Shown here: one piece after another, positions 7,143 to 14,584 of the stretch
Numbering within the stretch: the stretch's first letter is position 1
Layout of the letters: each line of letters starts with the position of its first letter
Virus record (IMG/VR): IMGVR_UViG_3300020042_004019
Location: 1 to 26,747 of that record
Reading direction: 5' to 3' (one strand)
DNA: 26,747 bases
Origin: a virus
Lineage: Duplodnaviria; Caudoviricetes
Position numbers and translations under genes: made by a program
The notes under the pieces: model-generated
Seen by the model: only the letters and a program-made list of their open reading frames with translations
Database searches by the model: none
What the model was told of the DNA's origin: nothing

Positions 7143-8088
7143 TAGCTAACTCCTTTTCTATTTCATTTAGTAGTGGTGCGTCATTATAGATACGATCAAC
7201 TGCCAGTTCTGCATACTCTGGATTGAGTTCAGTACCTACAAAGTTTCTATTGTGCCTAAGCGCAACCATTCCAACAGTTCCAGAACCCGTAAATGGGTCA
7301 AGCACAGTATCGCCGATTGATGAGCCTGCAAGAATGCAAGGCTCGACAAGTGCTGCTGGCATTACCGCAAAATGCGCTCCCTTAAATGGCTGCAAAGCTA
7401 CGTTCCAAACATCACGTTTGTTTCTCAATCCATCATCAGAAGGTACATACTCTTTATTAAACGAACCATGTCCAATCCGAGCTTTATGAGTTTTCTCTGA
7501 CCATGTTCCACTTTTACCAGTAGACGGTTCTTTAATGGCTTCATAATCGTAAAAATACTGGCGCGACTTGCTTAATAAAAAAACGTATTCATGTGACTTA
7601 GTGCATCTGTCTGTTACTGACTCAGGCATTGGATTTGGTTTGGCCCAAATAATGTCCTGTCGCAAATACCAACCATCAGCCTGTAATGCAAATGCTAAAC
7701 GCCAAGGAATACCTACAAGGTCTTTGCCTTTTAACAACAATCCTCCAGTTTGTAATTTAGGAGCAGGTTGATATTGATTATCTCTACCTCTTAAAGAATC
7801 TCCTGCCGGTGTTTTATTTCCACGAGTACCATTGTGAGGAAAATAAGAATCACCAATGTTTAGCCAAAGAGTTCCATCATCTTTGAGTACGCGCCAAACG
7901 TCACGGAACACTTTAACCATCTGATCAACGTATTGCTGTGGTGTTGCTTCCAGCCCGATTTGATCGCCCTGCCCATAGTCACGCAATCCCCAATATGGTG
8001 GCGATGTAATGCAGGTTTGAATTGATTTATCTGGAATTGCCTGCATAGCAGTTCTAACATCCCCAACTATTATTTTTGCTTTACTCAT
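7135..8088 (-). CDS. Beta-class N4-cytosine/N6-adenine DNA methyltransferase
   Basis: TSPPY motif IV precedes LDPFTGSGT motif I; also HFAVMP and IIWAKPNPMPES. Confidence 0.92.
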   Translation of the reverse strand: MSKAKIIVGDVRTAMQAIPDKSIQTCITSPPYWGLRDYGQGDQIGLEATPQQYVDQMVKVFRDVWRVLKDDGTLWLNIGDSYFPHNGTRGNKTPAGDSLRGRDNQYQPAPKLQTGGLLLKGKDLVGIPWRLAFALQADGWYLRQDIIWAKPNPMPESVTDRCTKSHEYVFLLSKSRQYFYDYEAIKEPSTGKSGTWSEKTHKARIGHGSFNKEYVPSDDGLRNKRDVWNVALQPFKGAHFAVMPAALVEPCILAGSSIGDTVLDPFTGSGTVGMVALRHNRNFVGTELNPEYAELAVDRIYNDAPLLNEIEKELANG

Positions 8089-8780
8089 TTCAGCTGCTTT
8101 CCTATTGACTCAATTACGTTTACTGTTACTGCGTTACCCATCTGCCGGTAACGCTGCGAGTCTGACTGTGATTCAGTCCAGCCATCAGGGAAGCCTTGTA
8201 AGCGTTCACACTCCATAGGAGTCAAACGGCGTACTTGTAAAGTATTTGAATAAACCGAGTTTATGATTCTCTGTTGTTCTTCTGATTGTGGGCTTCTACT
8301 ATCCATGTTGTATGCCGTCAAAGTTGGAGCAACATTTTGAGCTATAAAAGTTTGTGCGTGATGTGACTGCACACTTGGTTGTAATGCTTGCAATGCTCTC
8401 GCTTGTTCTATTTCTGTTGCGCTGAAATTGTTTGCTGTTGCATCTTCACGAATTGAATAAGCAACTATCGCAACCCCACCTTGATTAGCCGCTGGATTAA
8501 GTGCGTTTGTATCTACTGTTTTTGACATAGTTATTTCTCTGCATCCACTATTAGGGTTACTTGATTTCATAGAATTAGAACTTAAAGAATCTAAGGCGTA
8601 AGCAATTAGTGGCACATTACCGCCACCAGTTCCCCATCGTTGAATAACCGTCTGCATTGTTTCTTCATCTGACACGCGCACGTCACCTACTCTTGTTCCG
8701 TCAATAATTAACACCGTTGCCCTGCTCTCTCCACCATTATCAAATGCATTTAGGGTAGTGCATACCCCCCCCGCTTCCAT
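8085..8780 (-). CDS. C5-cytosine methyltransferase, C-terminal part (TRD-like modules plus motifs IX-X)
   Basis: RRLTPMECERLQGFPD (IX) and RYRQMGNAVTVNV (X). Confidence 0.85.
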   Translation of the reverse strand: MEAGGVCTTLNAFDNGGESRATVLIIDGTRVGDVRVSDEETMQTVIQRWGTGGGNVPLIAYALDSLSSNSMKSSNPNSGCREITMSKTVDTNALNPAANQGGVAIVAYSIREDATANNFSATEIEQARALQALQPSVQSHHAQTFIAQNVAPTLTAYNMDSRSPQSEEQQRIINSVYSNTLQVRRLTPMECERLQGFPDGWTESQSDSQRYRQMGNAVTVNVIESIGKQLK

Positions 8781-8816
8781 GTTTCGTCATCGTCTGGATT
8801 TGCAGCTCTACGCGCT

Positions 8817-9590
8817 TTAACAAACCACAAGTGATTCACTGCCACCACCGAGATCGCCACCTGCGCTCCGCAAAGTTCCCACGACCATTTGATCTTCAGG
8901 TCGTTTAAATGTTGATGCGGTTATTGTGCTAAATCCTTCTGTGTATCCTGCAAAGCTTGACTGGCTGTATGCTCTAACGCCGTTTGCAACGGGGCTGGAA
9001 GTGTCTTGCCCCTCTTGTTTGCTCGCCTGAGAATTCCCTGTGCGGCTTTCGCACTTAGAAAGTATTTCTCTGAAGGGTTTTGTTCCAATACTTGCGACAA
9101 TAAAGACTCGCCTACGCCGTTGGGGAACTCCGAAGAACTGCGAATCAAGCACACGCCACTCGATGTTGCTATACCCTGACTCGGCCAATGAAGTGATGAC
9201 TGCTCCAAAGTCGCGTCCTTGATTACTTGTAAGAAGTCCTGGCACATTCTCCAAGAGGATAGTTTCTGCTTTGGTATGCGTTGCGAAACGCAAAGCATCG
9301 TAGAACAGTCCACTTCGTGCGCCAGATAAGCCAGCTCGCTTTCCTGCAACAGAGAGGTCTTGGCAGGGGAATCCGCCACAAACAAGGTCAATGTTTCCTG
9401 TGAGTCCAATTTCATCAGCCCAATCTATTGCTGTTGTTACGTCATTGTGTTTTGGTACGTCAGGAAACTGCAACTCAAGTACAGACCTAGCGTGTTTATC
9501 TATCTCAACTTGTCCTACGCATTGATGACCCGAACTAGTAAGCCCTAAATCAAAGCCACCAACGCCAGCGAATAATGATACAAACTTCAT
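8817..9590 (-). CDS. C5-cytosine methyltransferase, N-terminal part (motifs I-VIII)
   Basis: SLFAGVGG (I), GGFPCQDLS (IV), LENV (VI), PQRRRRVFIV (VIII); lacks motifs IX and X. Confidence 0.9.
   Translation of the reverse strand: MKFVSLFAGVGGFDLGLTSSGHQCVGQVEIDKHARSVLELQFPDVPKHNDVTTAIDWADEIGLTGNIDLVCGGFPCQDLSVAGKRAGLSGARSGLFYDALRFATHTKAETILLENVPGLLTSNQGRDFGAVITSLAESGYSNIEWRVLDSQFFGVPQRRRRVFIVASIGTKPFREILSKCESRTGNSQASKQEGQDTSSPVANGVRAYSQSSFAGYTEGFSTITASTFKRPEDQMVVGTLRSAGGDLGGGSESLVVC
8921..9415 (-). CDS. Nested +1-frame ORF inside the C5 MTase, putative second subunit
   Basis: 164 stop-free codons; LSQVLEQNPSEKYFLSAKAAQGILRR resembles the L.DILE...EKYYLS segment that follows motif VIII in C5 MTases. 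Confidence 0.65.
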   Translation of the reverse strand: MKLDSQETLTLFVADSPAKTSLLQESELAYLAHEVDCSTMLCVSQRIPKQKLSSWRMCQDFLQVIKDATLEQSSLHWPSQGIATSSGVCLIRSSSEFPNGVGESLLSQVLEQNPSEKYFLSAKAAQGILRRANKRGKTLPAPLQTALEHTASQALQDTQKDLAQ

Positions 9591-9625
9591 GGTTTGAGGT
9601 TATACATAATGTATGACAAATGCAA
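9591..9625 (-). promoter_or_regulatory. SigA-type promoter giving a leaderless MTase mRNA, with a palindrome in the spacer
   Basis: TTGCAT (9620-9625)-N17-TAACCT (9597-9602)-N6-ATG; ATACAT-N-ATGTAT at 9602-9614; no SD. Confidence 0.7.
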
Positions 9626-9630
9626 GCAGG

Positions 9631-9674
9631 CAAAGTAAACGCCACCCGACAAAGCATAAGCAGGTGGCGTCTAC
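9631..9674 (-). terminator. Intrinsic terminator at the end of the late/lysis block
   Basis: GTAGACGCCACCTG/CGGGTGGCGTTTAC 14-bp stem (2 G-U pairs) followed by TTTG. Confidence 0.7.
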
Positions 9675-9688
9675 GGTTTAGGGGTTAC

Positions 9689-9910
9689 CTAAAGCTGCGC
9701 AAGTCTGCTTAATCTAGCACGAAGATGCGCCAAATACACAATGGCATCATCAAGTTCTTCCAAGGTTTCTTGAACAACCTGACCACCAGACTTGAGTTCT
9801 ATTGACTGCTGGTTGCCACGGCTGTACTGCTCGTCACCTGTGCCAATGATTCTTGAGCGCAAAGACTCAACGCACGCTGTAACTTGTTCAGCTAGTTCTT
9901 CACTTGTCAT
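9689..9910 (-). CDS. Small all-alpha protein, MazG/dimeric NTP-pyrophosphatase-like
   Basis: QETLEELDDAIVY acidic helix motif. Confidence 0.5.
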   Translation of the reverse strand: MTSEELAEQVTACVESLRSRIIGTGDEQYSRGNQQSIELKSGGQVVQETLEELDDAIVYLAHLRARLSRLAQL

Positions 9911-10002
9911 GGACTCATCTCATAACATTTTCGACATTCCCAAACCATTAAGTTTGCAAAGTGTATTTCTATCCACACATGATCACAAGATTTTGACATC
10001 AT
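9907..10002 (-). CDS. Mini Zn-finger protein (31 aa, not in ORF track)
   Basis: MMSKSCDHVWIEIHFANLMVWECRKCYEMSP; stop overlaps the next ATG. Confidence 0.55.
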   Translation of the reverse strand: MMSKSCDHVWIEIHFANLMVWECRKCYEMSP

Positions 10003-11161
10003 CCCACCCACCATTTCCAACTACTAGAGTAAGCATCCCAGCAGGTGCGGATTGACCTGTTGAATTCTCAAACCAAGTCGAGCCACCATCAAGTGCTGGT
10101 GCTTGAATCCAAGTCTTGCGCCCAGTCTGCTCCATGTGCAAATGGTGATAGTGACCCGTCAGTAAAAGAGTTGCTTCACCTATGTCTTGTTGCCCGTGTG
10201 CCATGTTTTTCCACCAGTCCAGTACCTTGCCCCTACATTGGTGACCATGAGCCAGACCAACAACTGTTCCACAAATGTCTAGTGTGACTGTAAGTGTGTC
10301 GTACTTAGGAAAGGTATAGCTTATGTGTTTGTAATCTGGGTGATCGGCCAGCGCATCAGCAACGGCAGAAGCCGCATCTAAAGCAAACGAATCTGTGTAG
10401 GTAGTTGCCATTGAGTTACCAACACGAACTGCCTCATCGTGATTTCCCGGAACGCAGGGAACAACAACGCGGTCAGCAAGTGGCGCAAATGTTTTAATCA
10501 TGTGCAATAGCAACCTTCGATAGACACGAATCTGAGCAGTCAGGTCTAGGTCAGTACGCCAGATGTGTTTCCCACCTTGTGAGTTCATGCCTTCAATGCA
10601 GTCACCGAGTTGTGGCAGATAGATTGTTTGAATGTCCCTGCCTGCCTTGCGTAGCTCTTTGAGTCTGGCAACTGCTAGATCGGTCTTGTGTAATACATTC
10701 TTGATGATTTGCTCAGAACCACCACCGTCAATTTTTCCAACCTGTGTGTCTGATAACACCACCACATAGGCAAGCGAGCCTGAGCGTGGCTCTGTGACCT
10801 TGCTAGAGGTACTGATTGGCTTCCACTTACTAACTATCGCAAGCAAGTCATCTATCGGGAATGATCGAGTTCCACCATGTGGAACAAACGTAGCCCTGAA
10901 AGACTCAAGCCATTCGCCATCCCAACGCTGCCACTTGCTTCTGCGTAGTCCTGTTATACGCCACTTAGCAGGGTCAAGTTCAAACTCAGCTAGTAGTTCG
11001 GCGTGGTCAGGTTCATCACCTGCTGGTCTTGGAACGGAGCGCAGAACGCCACCGCTTGCATCGTACTCAATGCCGGGTTCAAACCCTTTAGGTATTTCTT
11101 TAGCAACGCGCTTGCGCTGTTCGTCATCGCCTAACTTTGAAAGATCATCTGTAAGGCTCAT
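9983..11161 (-). CDS. Calcineurin-like metallophosphoesterase
   Basis: SDTQVGK, LGDCIEG, PGNHDE, AHGH, TGHYHH; ATG 11161 overlaps the upstream stop. Confidence 0.88.
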   Translation of the reverse strand: MSLTDDLSKLGDDEQRKRVAKEIPKGFEPGIEYDASGGVLRSVPRPAGDEPDHAELLAEFELDPAKWRITGLRRSKWQRWDGEWLESFRATFVPHGGTRSFPIDDLLAIVSKWKPISTSSKVTEPRSGSLAYVVVLSDTQVGKIDGGGSEQIIKNVLHKTDLAVARLKELRKAGRDIQTIYLPQLGDCIEGMNSQGGKHIWRTDLDLTAQIRVYRRLLLHMIKTFAPLADRVVVPCVPGNHDEAVRVGNSMATTYTDSFALDAASAVADALADHPDYKHISYTFPKYDTLTVTLDICGTVVGLAHGHQCRGKVLDWWKNMAHGQQDIGEATLLLTGHYHHLHMEQTGRKTWIQAPALDGGSTWFENSTGQSAPAGMLTLVVGNGGWDDVKIL

Positions 11162-11400
11162 TTGCAAACGCACCCAATGTCTTTTCTACCCTTTGCCCTG
11201 TGCCTGTTTATGGTTTGTCGGCTTACTGGATATCCGTTTTGCGTAAGGATTCGCGCAAGACTTGTAGGAGAATTATCTTTATCATCTATTGCTTTGCTTA
11301 GAGCTTGTGATTCTTTAGTTGGTAATTGCTTTAGTATGCGCCTGATACCGCACTCATAGGTGTTCTTGCTTACATTCTCTAGATCGTCAAGTAAGGTCAC
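11158..11400 (-). CDS. Small HTH-like protein
   Basis: SPTSLARILTQNGYPVSRQTINRHR, with C...H..CxC residues; GTG start after AAAGG. Confidence 0.6.
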   Translation of the reverse strand: MTLLDDLENVSKNTYECGIRRILKQLPTKESQALSKAIDDKDNSPTSLARILTQNGYPVSRQTINRHRAKGRKDIGCVCK

Positions 11401-11442
11401 GGTGACCGCCTTTCGTCTAGATAAGTCTAGATCAGCCGTGTG

Positions 11443-11721
11443 TCAATTTGCCTGTTTCTTAGCGCGTGTTGGTTTAGTAACTAATTCTTCTATGGCATTA
11501 AGGCGGTAATCAACGTCACTCAGGCGCGATTCAATGCGGTTTACTGTCTGCGCTACATCACTTAAGGATTTGCCGCCGTTGGTTTCGGGGTGAATTTGAT
11601 GCGTAGCTTGGTCTATGTAAGCCTTAATTGGTTTAACAATGCCCCACTTGATAGACATACCAAAGAGAACAGCGATAGCAGTTAGAGCTGCTGCGTATTG
11701 CCCTAGTTCTAAAACTCCCAT
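11443..11721 (-). CDS. Single-TM coiled-coil protein (holin-like or lysis accessory)
   Basis: N-terminal TM, NGGKSLSD motif, heptad C-terminus; adjacent to the lysin. Confidence 0.6.
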   Translation of the reverse strand: MGVLELGQYAAALTAIAVLFGMSIKWGIVKPIKAYIDQATHQIHPETNGGKSLSDVAQTVNRIESRLSDVDYRLNAIEELVTKPTRAKKQAN

Positions 11722-12113
11722 TAGATTTTTTTAGCTTTAATTTGCCGACCATCTAGAACTATTGGCGCATTGCCGTCATGCCATACCCAGAAACCAATTG
11801 GCATCTTAGGGTCGCAGTCAATCGTGTGTGACCAATGCGAATGATAAACCTTGCCACCCCAGTTAGAAGTGTTCTTATCATCGTGACCAGTTTCATCTAG
11901 TTGCTTTGTGTTTGGGTAGCGACATAAGCGACCACGCAGAACGTCACCTGCGCCTGTTGAATACTCAACGCGCAGAACAATAGTCCATTCCCATACGCCA
12001 GACTCAGGAACAGTAAATGATTCCTTGCCTGCAAACTTTACATAAGTCCAAGTCTTGGGAGCAATAGATTGTTTTGCCTTGCCTGATTCATCTTTGAATA
12101 GAATGCCACTCAT
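11721..12113 (-). CDS. Beta-rich protein, possible stand-alone cell-wall-binding subunit
   Basis: Trp-rich, FTVPESGVW jelly-roll-like pattern; ATGA-coupled to the M23 gene. Confidence 0.45.
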   Translation of the reverse strand: MSGILFKDESGKAKQSIAPKTWTYVKFAGKESFTVPESGVWEWTIVLRVEYSTGAGDVLRGRLCRYPNTKQLDETGHDDKNTSNWGGKVYHSHWSHTIDCDPKMPIGFWVWHDGNAPIVLDGRQIKAKKI

Positions 12114-12508
12114 AATGCTAGGACTCCTGCTGGGTCAAGTCCGCCACCCTTTTTCCAAGCTGCGCCTGCTTGCAGTTCCATGTGAAGATGAGGCCCGGTA
12201 ACGTTTCCTTCTGCTCCAACCTCAGCAATATGCATTCCCTTAGTAACTACCTGACCAACTTTGACCAAGGCTTTCGAGCAATGAGCAAATAGAAGATGTC
12301 CACCTTCAACCTTTAACAAGACCGAGTTCTGTCCAAATGCTTTGCCCCAGCATTGTCCAACTTTTACAACCGTGCCATCGCAAGGTGCAAGAATGTTAGT
12401 ACCAACGGGTGCTGCGATGTCAATGCCTTCATGCTTTCCGCTTGACCATCTTTTTCCCTTTACACCGAAGGGTGTCGAAACAGGGTATCCGTTAATTGGC
12501 ATTGCCAT
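12110..12508 (-). CDS. M23-family peptidase (endolysin catalytic domain)
   Basis: HEGID (HxxxD), FAHC, GNVTGPHLHME (HxH), LDP. Confidence 0.9.
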   Translation of the reverse strand: MAMPINGYPVSTPFGVKGKRWSSGKHEGIDIAAPVGTNILAPCDGTVVKVGQCWGKAFGQNSVLLKVEGGHLLFAHCSKALVKVGQVVTKGMHIAEVGAEGNVTGPHLHMELQAGAAWKKGGGLDPAGVLAL

Positions 12509-12510
12509 AG

Positions 12511-12690
12511 TTAGTCCTCATCATCTTGTCTTAAGGGTAATGTTACCAGCCACACCAAAGCACCAATGCCTATGAGATAACCCGTGACTGTACGCGCTGA
12601 ACCTGTCAATGTTGCATACGCAATCAACAGACCAACGAACGTGTAAGTCTCACCAGTAATTTCACGCAGATATTTCTTTATCCACTTCAT
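12511..12690 (-). CDS. Small two-TM membrane protein (59 aa, not in ORF track)
   Basis: MKWIKKYLREITGETYTFVGLLIAYATLTGSARTVTGYLIGIGALVWLVTLPLRQDDED; ATGA overlap. Confidence 0.75.
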   Translation of the reverse strand: MKWIKKYLREITGETYTFVGLLIAYATLTGSARTVTGYLIGIGALVWLVTLPLRQDDED

Positions 12691-13955
12691 TTTATTTTCC
12701 TAACTTGTGCAACCTGCGTTACCACTACTGCTGCTACAACTGTATTCTGTGCGGTCTCTCGTTCTTCTGTTGTCATGTCTTGCCCAATTCTGACCAAAGC
12801 CTTGAGTGCTTTTGCAGGGTTCTCTAAAAGTGTGGCTAGAACTTCTGCGCCTGAGTCAAAGATTTCTAGGGCATCTGCAACTTCAGCAGTTAAGACAACG
12901 CCGTTCTCTAAAGTAACTGGTGTTTCAGGTGGCAAGTCCTCGAAGTCCAGCCCGGCTTCTTGCAAGGCTTCAAACGTAATTGCTTCACCAGCAAACTCCT
13001 CAAGCAAAGCATCAGCTACAAGTTCACGTTCGTCATCAGTAAGCACACCGTCAGCTAGTGCATCATCTATAACTTCTTGCGTTAGTTCCTCAATGGTCGG
13101 TTCAATAATGGCTTCAATGATTGGCTCTAAATCTGGCACTAAATCTAGTGCTATCACTTCTGGTATTAGTTCAACATCTGGCACAATTATTTCTTCGGGG
13201 ATGAGTTCTAGAACGGTCTCAGGCTCAACGACAGGCACGACAATTTCAGGGATAGGTTCTATGTATGGTGATTGACTTTGACTAGGTTCAGGCGTTGGCG
13301 TTGGCTCTGGGTTCAGGCTTGGTACGACACTTGGGATTGGCTCAGGAGTTTGCGTAGGTAGCACTGGTGGTTCTGTGAATGAACTTGGAGTTGGTGCAGG
13401 TGGTACTTCGATAGGCACGCCACCGTTTACATCGAACGCAGCTTCGATTGGTACGACTGCTTGACCTTGTTCAAAGCGAATCCCACGCCGTAAGTTTTCA
13501 GGCAACCAACCAAACGTCACGACTTCGCCATGCCAGCCACCGTCATCAGCGCGGTTGATAACTAGACGTATCTGAGTTAGATCACCTGTTGATTGTGGGT
13601 ATGGTCGAACGCTCCACTCAGCGCAGAAGGTATTAGCAGTTGAGCCGTAGCTTAGATACGCACCTTCACCAAATGAAACCCAGTCATACCCGGCAACAGA
13701 TACAGAAGGTGTTTGTGGATAGTCACTGTAATTACCATCAGGTACGCCAAATGTCATCGTGCCGTTAGTTGAAACATAGACATTGCTGTACTCAGTTGCG
13801 CCTAGCGTTAGCGTGAACGGCAGGTTTGCAGCGTAGGCAGAATCATCATCGCCTGTGAATGTGTAAGTATTACAAACAACATCGGCTTGAACAGGTGTCG
13901 CAACCATGAATGCTCCGACTATTAGCGCAGTTAGGAATAACCGTGTGCGCTTCAT
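12687..13955 (-). CDS. Secreted or surface-anchored protein
   Basis: Signal peptide (MKRTRLF...VQA-D), beta-rich domain (YVSTNGTMTFG, NIDO-like), Pro/Thr/Glu linker, acidic helical region, hydrophobic C-terminus followed by RKIK. Confidence 0.7.
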   Translation of the reverse strand: MKRTRLFLTALIVGAFMVATPVQADVVCNTYTFTGDDDSAYAANLPFTLTLGATEYSNVYVSTNGTMTFGVPDGNYSDYPQTPSVSVAGYDWVSFGEGAYLSYGSTANTFCAEWSVRPYPQSTGDLTQIRLVINRADDGGWHGEVVTFGWLPENLRRGIRFEQGQAVVPIEAAFDVNGGVPIEVPPAPTPSSFTEPPVLPTQTPEPIPSVVPSLNPEPTPTPEPSQSQSPYIEPIPEIVVPVVEPETVLELIPEEIIVPDVELIPEVIALDLVPDLEPIIEAIIEPTIEELTQEVIDDALADGVLTDDERELVADALLEEFAGEAITFEALQEAGLDFEDLPPETPVTLENGVVLTAEVADALEIFDSGAEVLATLLENPAKALKALVRIGQDMTTEERETAQNTVVAAVVVTQVAQVRKIK

Positions 13956-14198
13956 TTACTTCTTGCCGTTGGCCTTACTAAATGATTCGTTGATTTCTGA
14001 CTCATCAAGTTTGCCGTCAGCTATGTAAGCACGAGCCAGACCTTCAAGCACAATAGCAATACCAAGAATTGCAGCCATGCTTGCAGACTTCCACAACTCA
14101 ACACCGATGATAGAACCAGCACCGATTGTTCCCATGACAGATGCAAGAACTACTGCAACCATCCGAGTGATTATGTCTTTGACTTGCTTGCGCTTCAA
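13956..14198 (-). CDS. Two-TM membrane protein (holin-like)
   Basis: Two hydrophobic helices then DGKLDESEIN (EF-hand-like); TTG start after GGAG. Confidence 0.65.
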   Translation of the reverse strand: MKRKQVKDIITRMVAVVLASVMGTIGAGSIIGVELWKSASMAAILGIAIVLEGLARAYIADGKLDESEINESFSKANGKK

Positions 14199-14239
14199 TG
14201 TAACTCCAAAAGTGTTAAGCGCAGGGTGTTAGTACAAGT

Positions 14240-14584
14240 TTACTCTGGTTGAACCCAGTCTTGTTTTGCTTCATCCCAACTGTAAACATTACCGTCAGTC
14301 GGATAAGCAAGTGGTGGTTCCCATTGGCAAGTAAGTTCATTAAGAATCCAAGATTCAAAAGCCTTTGATGCAATAAATGCATCGCGTTGTTCATCGTATG
14401 TAAAACCAATTCCAGCGTAGTTTTTGCGGATGTTTCCGTTGTATGAAGTGCGAACACAACGTTGTCCTCTAAATTTTCCGTACCATTCTTCGGGTGATTT
14501 ACCTTCAATGAGTTCAGTTTCATCTATGCCAACAATGACTTCAGTAACAACATTATTGTTATTCAAAAACGCATAGTGTGCCAT
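14240..14584 (-). CDS. Tail fibre-associated protein
   Basis: MAHYA..VTEVIVG, RTSYN..RKNYAGIG..YD..RDAFI, WEPP..YP, WDE; coupled to the Gly-rich fibre gene. Confidence 0.65.
   Translation of the reverse strand: MAHYAFLNNNNVVTEVIVGIDETELIEGKSPEEWYGKFRGQRCVRTSYNGNIRKNYAGIGFTYDEQRDAFIASKAFESWILNELTCQWEPPLAYPTDGNVYSWDEAKQDWVQPE

Noticed and set aside
6271-8066. Alternative-frame minus ORFs 6271-6459 and 7860-8066
   Set aside because: Short, nested in the initiator and MTase genes, with no protein-like features, unlike 8921-9415.
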